Positions 34,422-44,864 of a DNA stretch of 64,000 nt are shown here, piece after piece. This DNA comes from Azolla caroliniana (Eukaryota > Plantae > Polypodiophyta). The stretch spans positions 14,942,001 through 15,006,000 of the forward strand of contig JBHGNT010000005.1 in assembly GCA_043228905.1 (NCBI GenBank). The letters are read 5' to 3'. The translations under genes and the position numbers were made by a program. The notes below the pieces were generated by a model, which saw nothing but the letters and a program-made list of their open reading frames with translations, was not told where the DNA came from and made no database searches. Position 1 is the stretch's first letter. Each line of letters begins with the position of its first letter.

Positions 34422-35579
34422 GCATATATGCATACAGGTACATACATACATATTCCACATATCACTATATATATAGGTCATACAGGGTCATACAAGTTAC
34501 AATACTTTCATACACACACACATTAGATATACGTATGCTTACACATACATTGGATAATATATGCATGGGTATTATGTGATATTGCAAGCATACATCCATA
34601 TATGAGCCATACACATACTAAACACGATAAATACACTGAAAATATACATACATGTATACACATATATGCATTCGTACATGGACATACATATATTCATTCA
34701 TACACTGCTAGACGTATATAGGTACACATGCCTACAATGCTACTTGTATAAATGTTACCAACTTACATCCATACATGTACATACATACATGCATGCATAC
34801 ATACATACAATACAATATGTACATACATACACACATACATACGTGCATACGTGCATATATGTTTGTGGTATGTGTTGTATGTGTGTGTGTATATATTGTA
34901 TTGTATGCATGAATAGACACAGATAACACATATACACATACACGCATGACATACATACAATACATACATATGGACATGTAAAGAATATATACACACACAC
35001 ATGCCATACATACTATACATTCAACACATGCAATACAACACAATATGTACATACACACACATACATATATTATACACATGCAATACAATACATACATATG
35101 TACATCAATAGAAAATACACACACACACACATAACACATACATATATACACATGCAATACAATACATACATATGTACATCAATAGAAAATACACACACAC
35201 ACACACACATGATATACAATACATACATATGTACATCAATAGAAAATACACACACGCACACACATAACACATACATACATAGACACGTGATATATATACA
35301 ATGTACATAATACATACATACATACGTAGAAATATAGAATACACACACACATATAACACATATGTGCATGGACACATGCCATACATACAATACATACATA
35401 TGCACCTATATAGAACATAAACACACTTAGCACATACATACATTATACATAGTCACATGCCATACATACAACACATTCAACACAATACAATATGTACATA
35501 CATACACATGCACACATGCCATACATACAATGCACATATACAATAATGCAATTAATACAAAATGATACAATACAATAAA

Positions 35580-35624
<45 letters not shown>
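34422..35624. repeat. CA/TA-rich low-complexity tract with short internal tandem units, ending in (GA)n
   Basis: ATACAATACATACATATGTACATCAATAGAAAATACACAC repeated three times at about 35080-35255; (GA)n at 35584-35624. Confidence 0.9.
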
Positions 35625-35626
<2 letters not shown>

Positions 35627-35701
35627 CATCTTTGTTAACTTCTTCTCTTCCTTTTTCTCACAAAGGAACAAGATAGAGAGAGACAAGGTTTACTTGTATC
35701 T

Positions 35702-35833
35702 ATGGTCGTCTTCACCTTCATCGGTAGAAGCGGCGGCGGCTCTTGGAGTGCTAAGCAACACCTTGCTTCTAAGGATGGAGGTTGCCTTGAGGGATCCACT
35801 AATTCTTCCTTCAATCTTTAACACTTGCTATTG

Positions 35834-35869
<36 letters not shown>

Positions 35870-36062
35870 CTTACGCTTTTGGATTGGTCTTCCAGGTAAT
35901 CATTGGCGGTGGAGGAGGGGCAGCTTTGTGTCTAGTGGAGCAATAACATCGGTTGGGGGTGGGGGAGGGGGTAGTGGTGGTGCTCCTATTGTAGAAGAGA
36001 AGGAAGAAGTAAAAGAGAAACAAGAAGAAAGAGATGATGATATGGTATTCTCATTGTTTGAT
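35702..36062 (+). pseudogene. RPP3: 60S acidic ribosomal protein P3 pseudogene, intronless
   Basis: MVVFTFIGRSGGGSWSAKQH...LEGSTNSSFNL*...VFQVIIGGGGG...EEKEEVKEKQEERDDDMVFSLFD matches the plant P3 pattern (MGVFTFVC..W.AKQ..; VFQVIIGGG; acidic tail). Stop at 35819, a (CT)n expansion and frameshifts. Confidence 0.85.
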
Positions 36063-36661
36063 TACAAATAATTAATTCAACTATTAGAGTAGAAATAATG
36101 TCTTTTTGTTTGCATTTTGTATTCGACCTTTTTCCACTTTATTGAGTCTAGTTGCTTAGAAAAAGTGGCTATTGGGAATTTATTTATAAGGGTTTTTTTT
36201 TCATGACATGGATGTATGTATGTTTACATTTTGGAGTTATCAATAGTAAATGAGTTGCTTTGGTTTGAGAGAGAGAGAGAGAGAGGAAAAGAAAGCAAAG
36301 AGAGCAAGAGAGAAGGAGCCCTGAGCGTGATCGACCTCTTAGAAGTGGCCCTCCTTTAGCAAGCAAGGATGTGTAGGATGAGCTATAAGAAGGCGAGAAT
36401 TTATAACCATTAGGATCCAAACCACTTTTTGAGGGTTATTGGTTTAGTACCATATCAATTTTTTACCATATTCATATGTGTGCATGTGTATTTGCATATG
36501 CATGGTTGTGTTTGTATGTGTCTATTTGTATGCATGTATGAATGCATGCACACATGCATTGGTAGCATTCCATCTCATGTTCTTTTTTTCCATGTTAATT
36601 TGTGTATTTGCTATTGTCATTTCATAGGCAAGAAGAGTTCTTTTGGTCTTTAGAAGCCTCA

Positions 36662-36800
36662 TGGGGAGCTCATGATGGCGGTGCTTTCTCTAGGAAGGAC
36701 CATACCAAGTTCGATTTGAGTAATGCTACATTGTGAGGCACGTTGTGAAGAGTATTGTTGCAACAACAATACTTGCTCGTCATTGCATTGTCCCGGTATG
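36662..36800 (+). pseudogene. SAMS: S-adenosylmethionine synthetase fragment 1
   Basis: WGAHDGGAFSRKDHTKFDLSNA / YIVRHVVKSIVA..LARHCIV versus the conserved [43 protein letters not shown]. Confidence 0.85.
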
Positions 36801-36951
36801 TATTCTTCTTGTGACCTTGGTGGATGTTGAGCCTTGTTCTTCACTCATTGTGGCATCTTTTGTCCTTTTTCATGCAAATAAAGTCATGAGAAAAGATTGA
36901 ACACTATTCTTCTTAGGAGCTTAGTAGAAACCAAGTTTGGTTGTGCATATT

Positions 36952-37331
36952 TGTTACCCATAGGAGTTGTACGGGGCGGTATAAGGGAAACACGTTAAAG
37001 GGGTTGTTCGGTATGTGTAATGTATATGAGTGTGAGGATGAGTATGTGTGAGCACATGCACAATTATGTGCATGTGACAAGAATGTAACGGTCTCTTTTT
37101 GTAACGGACATATTATTTACCGTTACATTATGTATTATATAAACCCCTTATGGGGCATGTAATGAGATATAGTTTTTTCCCCTCTCATTTGGTGTCATTC
37201 TTATTTTCACTCTCTCCTCTCTCCCAATTGTAATCCCCTTGGGAGGGGGGTGGAGCCATTCTAGGCTTCACCCCCCCACCCCGACAACACTTTTGGCACG
37301 AGAATGGCTCCACCCCCCCACCCCAACAACA
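36952..37331 (+). mobile_element. collapsed small-LTR element (LTR 36952-37289, PBS stub, 3' LTR tip), TSD ATATT
   Basis: TGTTACCC...CAACA; ATATT at 36947-36951 and 37332-37336; same LTR family as 41601-41902 and 42497-42840. Confidence 0.8.
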
Positions 37332-37333
37332 AT

Positions 37334-37713
37334 ATTGGTCGAGGAATGTATAATAGTTTAGGAAAATGTATTCACTGTGTTTCCTTTTTATTCTTGAAAT
37401 TGAAATGAAATGATGAGAAATTGTTTTACTTCAGGAAACCCTAATCCCCAATGATTGTGCACATTGGTCAAGGAATGTATAATAGTTTAGGAAAATGTAT
37501 TCATTGTGTTTCCTTTTTATTCTTGAAATTGAAATGAAATGATGAGAAATTGTTTTATTTCAGGAAACCCTAATCCCCAATGATTGTGCATATTGGTCAA
37601 GGAATGTATAATAGTTTAGGAAAATGTATTCATTGTGTTTCCTTTTTATTCTTGAAATTGAAATGAAATGATGAGAAATTGTTTTACTTCAGGAAACCCT
37701 AATCCCAATGATT
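37334..37713. repeat. 129-bp tandem repeat, about 3 near-identical copies
   Basis: ATTGGTC(G/A)AGGAATGTATAATAG starts at 37334, 37463 and 37592. Confidence 0.95.
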
Positions 37714-37862
37714 TTCGACCTTAGATTATGGCTATCCACCTCAACCTTCGTAGAGGTTGAAACAAACAATACCAGAAGACCCCTACATATGGTCACTTTG
37801 ATTGTGATGACCCCGACTTCACATGGGAAATCGTTAAGCCATTGAAGTTGGAGAAAGCTTAG
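37710..37862 (+). pseudogene. SAMS: S-adenosylmethionine synthetase fragment 2 (C-terminus)
   Basis: [48 protein letters not shown] versus [46 protein letters not shown]. Confidence 0.88.
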
Positions 37863-39169
37863 CTCTGCTAAACTTTTGATTAGCTATTGTAAAATTGAAA
37901 CAAAAAACCGACAAAATTTACTATTAATACTAGGGTTTTTGCTTATGATCTATGTCTTTCTTTCTATTAGAGAAGTATGCAAAAATAAGAAAGAAATGGT
38001 TGGAAAGGAAAGTATAGAGGGAGATGATATTTTGCTTATTCCAAATTTTTTCTCTTAAAACTCTTTTTTAACTAATATGGGAGTTTTGTCCCATTTGTTT
38101 GAAGTTTTTTCTTCAAATATTTGTTTTCTTTTCATTATTTCAAATGGAAGAAAAATAATGGGCTATTTATAAGAGAGCACAACAACAAATATTCATGTAC
38201 TATGTGTGGTGATGGAGATGTTGAGTTAATTGGATATTTTCATCAAAGGTTCGTTGTGCTTAATTGCTTTTCTATATGATATCTTGGTATTTAAGGATAT
38301 GGAGCTTTCAATACTTGAGACTAGGCTTCACATCTAACTAGTTTTTATTTTGGTGTACAGTTATGCTAAGAATGCACCATCAAGGCTCTCATACCATGAG
38401 TTTGTTTTGAGGCTAACTATCAAGGGAGGTCGAAGCATGCATTTCTTCCTATGATTGCCTTTTTTTCTATAAGTATGGATGGTCTTCATTCCTTTCATGA
38501 CTTTTTGGATTTGGCGGTTGACATTTATTAGGAACATTTCTGAAGCCAAGTGCGTGTTTATTCATCAAATCCCACCCACTTTAATCTTCACTAACTGTGT
38601 CTGTGGATTTTTATTATCACCTAACATTGTATTCATCTTTCTTGGTGCTACATCATTAGGAGAATGTAAGGTCCTCATTTCTACTTGTTGTAAAGGAAGG
38701 AGATTGATAAATAAATCATTGCATGTGTTGTAATATATTACTTTCCTCTTGTCTAATGAATTATTGTTTGTTTGAAGCATTATTTGAACCGTAGGTATGT
38801 CATTATTATAGCAAGTTGGTTTTGCATGTGTTTATTTGTTGCAAACTATATAATCTAAGGAAAAGGTGTATTAGAAAGAGGTGTTGTATTGCCAATAGTG
38901 TGATTGATATGTATGGTAAATGTGGCTTGACCCATGTAGCACAGATATGCTTGATAAGCTTCACATATTGAATCAGTCATAAATTTATCTCTTCCTCGTT
39001 AAATAATGTTGTGATGTGAGAAGTTATTGAGCATTTGAAGGAACTTGTAGTGATGGGGTATTCATGATGATTGTTGATGAAATTTCATGAAGTTTAAATA
39101 TAGAATAAATATCAAACCAAATAATGAACTCTCGAGTCTTTATTAGTAAAAGAATATCTATGATTTAGG

Positions 39170-39385
39170 TGCAAATAGACACGAGCCCCTACACACATAC
39201 ACACATAACACATAGATACATACACACATGTTATACAACTAAGATGTACCACACATACAATATAAATAAATATGGAATACAATACATACATATGAACACA
39301 CACATAACACATACATACATAAAATATATACAACATATGCAATACAATATAATACATATATACACATATGTATAAAACATACATG
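39170..39385. repeat. CA/TA-rich tract similar to 34900-35500
   Basis: Directly visible. Confidence 0.8.
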
Positions 39386-40278
39386 TGTCTTCTATGTAAG
39401 GGCACTTAAAATGAGTTGTCAAAATATATATTGGCACTAAGGGGTATTTTTATTAACCGTATTTTTATAGAAGGGTATCTAAAATAGTAAAAAACATATG
39501 TATAAGGGGTTTATAAAAGGTGTCGCGAACGCACGTGATATAACCTCTTTATATATAGTGGAGCCCCCAGGGTAATGGGGTCACCTAAGGACTAAAGAAC
39601 AAACGTGTTGTCGTAGTGTATTTCGTACACTACGTGAAAATAATATAAAATAACCGATTGAATAAATATGAAGAAAAAGAAGAAGAAGAAAATATCAAAA
39701 TAAGCATTACATGCACAAGGCAAGATTCAAACCTTGCACCTCCATGTTAATAATGTAATGTCTTACCATTACACTAACATTTTATTAGTGTTCAAAAGTA
39801 AATGTTCCACATAGAAAAGTTAGTTCACCTAGGATAAACTTTAGTTAAAAGAAAAATGCATGCTAAAAGAAAAAGCTACGCATGCACATCTAGCGTGCAT
39901 GAACGCTATAGTTGATAATAATAATAATAAAAAACACAGAAGTTAGAAAAAGCATGATCACTTTAGATAAAGCATATAGTCTATCTATAGGAAAAGCATG
40001 GAGTCTATAGTTAGAGAACAAAGCATGGATTCCTAAGACTCCCTCATCACTACATAAGGATGGGGAGCACAATGTAATAGGTGTGTGAAATATTTGGGAA
40101 ATTGGATATATTTCCTAAAACACCAATTAATAAACTATACTCGTGGGATTCACGAGATTTCTATATCTTTCTCTATCAATCTAAATACATATTCTTACAT
40201 AAATATTAATCAATAAAATACATTATACTTGTGGGATTCACAAGTTTCTAATAATCTACTCATAATTATAATCGTCTC

Positions 40279-41600
40279 AAATTCTTCCTCCTCCTAGTCC
40301 AAAACCCCGGTGGTTCCCACCCGACTCACGCAACGATCCGGAGCCAAAAGGCACGACAACGTATTCGGAGGACGACATCGACACACGAGAAGAGCCTACG
40401 GAAGGTAAGCCTGGAACGAAGAGAGACGGCACGCCGAGGTGCTCGGGACTAGGAGATGGTCGAACCAAAGGAGGCGCACACACAACACGCGAGTCGCGGA
40501 ATCCGGCGTACAACCAGAGTGACCGACGTCCTAATCGAAGGGCATACACGACAGACAAAGGAGGAGTGACCAGATCGGCAACGGTGTTCGGGAGGACCGA
40601 TCGGGGAAGAAGGTGTGAGCGTCGGATATGGCGGATCGGGGTCGGTAGGAGTCGGGAAGGCGGTCGGGAAGGCGGTCGGGTGGCGAGACGGCGGAGAACC
40701 CGGTTGATCACTGTCGCCGAAATATCTCACCTTTTCCTTTCATGGCACATACCGGTGGATGTGCGGTTTGGTGGGGGTTGATGTCGTCAAGATTTCCGGC
40801 TTTGGTGTGAAGCCAGAATGGAATGGGCAAGCCGGCAATGTGCAACATGTGCACATGTATAGTACGAAAATGGTGTATAGAATAAGGGGGAGAATTTATC
40901 CCACATTGTAACGTCCCTCCCTCGTTGGGCTATAAAAGGAAGGGAGGGTCTCTTGTGAAGGGGTTGCCCATTTTGAGTTAGGACGGTATACCACCTAGGT
41001 CTAAAGTATGATAGCTTTTCTCTTCTTTCTTCCTTACTTACATTCTTTAGAGTTTCATCTAGGTCTTCTTCTTCGTCATCATGTGGGTTGAGTCTTTGTG
41101 TATGTTTAGGGTTTAATCCGGTTAAGAGCTTGTATGTCCTAAGGGGTTTTCACTTTTGCTTTGTGTCCTGTGCAAGACTCCGCTCGGCATGACGAGCCCG
41201 AGAGCTCCCCGATCGGTGGCTTTGCAATAGATTGTTGTTGTAACCTAACGTCCCTTAGTCCGGCTCGAAGCTGGAGTTGTATCTTACTCTTGTACATATA
41301 TAATGAAGTTTTGTGCATCTGTGTCTGTGTCTGCGTCTTTAGAGTTTCTTCTTTCCTTTTTTGGACATAAGTAACGTGCGTTGAGTCGGTGTTGCACGTA
41401 TTCTCTCTATTCTCTCTCTCTCCCTCTCTCCGTCTCTCGTGTTCGATAGCCTCCGGTATGCGTCCATAATCGTTCTGGTTTGTGCCACAATCGGTGCAGT
41501 CGGGACCAGAGAGGGTCAGTCTCCCGGCATCCATCTCTTCCTCGTTCGAGACCCCCGTGGTCCCGCTCCTTTCGACACATACTCACGGACTACCGCGACA
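40279..41600 (+). mobile_element. 3' part of a third relative of the Trp-primed gypsy family: internal remnant, PPT and LTR 40782-41600
   Basis: GCACATACCGGTGGATGTGCGGTTTGGTGGGGGTTGA|TGTCGT mirrors the pre-LTR motif of the other two copies; LTR ends CGACA and is followed by ACGT. Confidence 0.8.
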
Positions 41601-42840
41601 ACGTTAAAGGGGTTGTTCAGTATGCATAATGTATATAAGTGTGAGGAAGATTGTGTGTGAGCACATGCACAATTATGTGCATGTGACAAGAATGTAATGG
41701 TCTCTTTTTGTAACAGACATATTATTTACCGTTACATTATGTATTATATAAACCCCTTATGGGGCATGTAGTGAGAGATAGTTTTTTCCCCTCTCATTTG
41801 GTGTCATTTCCTATTTGTCTTTCTCTCTTGCTCTCTCTCTAAGTTAACCCCCTTGGGAGGGGGGTGAAGCCATTCTAGGTTTCACCCCCCATCCCAATAA
41901 CACTTTTGGTACGCCCGGTGGGACAGAGATAGAAACGAGGAAGTAGAGAAAAGGATGAATAAGAACTAGACACAAAAGAAAACGAAGAAAGAGGAGGGTA
42001 TAAGGGAAAATTTCAATCACTCGAGGGCATGCAATGAAAATTTCAAAAGCTCAAGGGCATGAGATGAAATTTCAAAAGCTCAAGGACATGACTTTAGATT
42101 TCAAAAATTGGAGGGTAGAATGCAAAATTTTGAAAACACAAGGGCCGAAAACAAAATTTCAAAAAATATGAGGGTAAAAATTTTAGAGACCAAGGGTACA
42201 AAATACAAAGCTCAATTCACATGATGAAACCGAAAAATACACATACATGTAACAGAATCATGAAAGGCCCATGCTACAATAGAGGAGCCAATTGGTGTGT
42301 GATCCAATTGAGCGACATGCTGACCGAACAAGAAGGTTCGAGTCAAGCAATGCTCCGATCGAAGTTATTGATCGTAGAGCTATGATCCGGTCGATGGATT
42401 TCCGACCGTTGAGACGACCGATGGAGTTCCGGTCGTTAGTAGTTGCCATGGCGAGTGGGTTCACCGTGCAATGCACTGTCCCACAGGTGTGCCATGTGTT
42501 ACCCGTAGGAGTTGTACGGGGCGGTATAAGGGTAAAACACGTTAAAGGGGTTGTTCGGTATGTGTAATGTATATGAGTGTGAGGAAGAGTATGTGTGAGC
42601 ACATGCACAATTATGTGCATGTGACAAGAATGTAATGGTCTCTTTTTGTAACGGACACATATTATTTACCATTACATTATGTATTATATAAACCCCTTAT
42701 GGGGCATGTAATGAGAGACAATTTTCCCCCTCTCATTTTTGTGTGCTTTTGTATTCTCACTCTTCTTCGCTCTTTCTAACGTAAATCCCCTTGGGAGGGG
42801 GGTGAAGCCAAGAAAGGCTTCACCCCCCACCCCAACAACA
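41601..42840 (+). mobile_element. small-LTR non-autonomous (TRIM-like) arrangement: partial LTR 41601-41902, tRNA-Arg-type PBS, about 600 bp non-coding interior, LTR 42497-42840
   Basis: LTR copies are directly comparable; TGGTACGCCCGGTGGGAC at about 41907 resembles the tRNA-Arg(TCT) PBS TGGCACGCCCAGTGGGAC. No clear PPT before the second LTR. Confidence 0.65.
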
Positions 42841-43678
42841 CCAAACAACATCTATCTCTTGCTCGATTTGAAATACTCTCATGTTGTTTCCCGTCCCACC
42901 ATACGTCTTTTGCAATTTCTCCCATATGTCCTTCACACTTAAAATTCCATCAACTATTGTGGCGATTGATGGAATCATGGAGTTGAGAAGCCACGTGTAC
43001 AAAGACATGTGGGTAGCTCTCCATGCTTTCCATTCATTGCTCATTATGACAAGAGGTTCTTTCTCCTCTTCCGTTAGGGAGCCGTCAAGGCTTCTCCCTG
43101 CCAATGCACCTATAATCCGACGTGACCAGCTCAAGCATGTCGCTGGTCCATCAACTTTGAACACAATTGGGAGGAGTTCAAGTCGGGGTGGTGGTTGTGT
43201 TCCTGTCACAGCTCCAGATGCTACAATCTCAGCCTACTTCATGTATTTCACCAATGTTTTCACCTCATCCTCGTTCAATTTTGAGGACACCTCATCCATC
43301 TTCTCAACTTGGCCTATCCCTGCTCTCCTCTTCTGACTTCTTTTCTCAAGTCACCTCTCAATCACATAGTAATGTTATACCAAATGGAAAAAAAATCCCC
43401 CTTTCCTCTCTTGGATGCTAGGACAGTGTTGTTCCAATCATTGTCATACTAGTAGAAGGGTGGATCTAGGGTTTTGCAAAGGGGCGGATCTATGCTCTAA
43501 TACCATAAAGCAAAATGAGAAGGCACATATGTTTAGTAATATACATTGGTATGTCACAACTGGAGGGAGAAAATACAAAGATTGCTTATTTTTACATGAG
43601 GAGAAAGTTCGTCTTTATAAAGGCCAAGATATGGTCGTTGGGCTAACTAGCCATTATAACTTTTAAACATTCTCAACA
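42841..43678 (-). mobile_element. copia 5' end: LTR 43506-43678, iMet PBS 43494-43505, truncated gag
   Basis: GCTCTAATACCA is the reverse complement of TGGTATTAGAGC; gag LSWSRR..WLLNSMIPSI..KDIWEKLQKTY. Confidence 0.8.
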
Positions 43679-44864
43679 GCCTTCCACACTCCACTTTTGA
43701 CTACTGTGTCGGCCTTGGCCGGTCCCAAACTGTCAGCTTTCGGTTCCCTCCTTTTTGACTTGCGCTCGCCTCTCCCTAAGCTCGTTCTGACCTCTAGGTA
43801 GGTCGTTTGCCGAGACCCCTTTCGTACGCATGCTTGCACCTTTGGCCCTTCAATCGATTGTATGCACGCCCTTCATTCCACCCTTTTCCTTCTCCCGGCA
43901 GCTCGTTTCCTTGGTTGGCCTAGATTCACCGCTCCGAGCTCATCCGGCCTCTCCACCCGGTTAGCCGGTCCCGGTTTCCGGATTCACCCCTTCTCTAGTC
44001 GGGGTAGACATCTCGAATGCTGGTCACGACCCGTCCTTCGTTCTGTGTGGCGCGGATTTCGTTCCTCTTGACCGATTGTCGGAGGTTGCACCTTGCCCGG
44101 GCCCGTTGTCGTGTTGTTACGCGCGTGCGTGGAGAACAAGGCGGGACCACTGGGGTCTTGGACCGAGGAATAGGTGAGGAAAAGAGAGAGAGAGATGCTC
44201 ACTCACGTATAGACAAAGAAGCGCACGGGGACGCGTCACAACAACACAGGAGACGCGAGTTGAGAACACTAGGGTGTGTATGTAAAAATATAAGCATGTA
44301 TTTGTATGTATGCAGACAACTCGAACGGTTACAGCCGACCAAGTCGGCGAGGTGGGTGCCGACGCCTGATCACCCACGCACACAAGAGAGCAAGATGGAG
44401 ATTCTGCCGGAAGCACACGGGCGTTCCACGGAGCAAAATCAGCCTCCTGAGAGCCTGCGCAAAAGAAAGCTATGGAGAACAACAGAGAAGAAGAGCTCGA
44501 TCCCAGTCCGACAACACTTCGTTCCCTCTAGCGCGCGATGTCCCCTCTCTCCCGTCTCCCTCTCTTTTATAGCTCAAGGAGGGAGGCCGTTTCACTCGTT
44601 TACATCACATTAATTCTCTGTCCTTTCGGACAGAGATACTCCTCGATTTACCTTATAGAATATTGCTACCTAGGATTTAACCCTTGTGCCTAACTATCTA
44701 CTATACGACAAGGGACATGCCCATGTGTAAGGGCCGGTTCACACACACTATACATGGTTTGCGCCTGGGGACGGTTTTCTTCACGACATCCGCCCCCACC
44801 TAACCACGCATCCACCGGTATGCGCCAAAATTGGGTTCCTATGGGAGAAAACCGATCCTTGCTT

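Noticed and set aside
27581-34481. Many antisense or alternative-frame ORFs in the gypsy elements and their LTRs (also 43862-49884)
   Set aside because: Expected from high GC content and codon bias; no motifs; not evidently preserved between the two elements.
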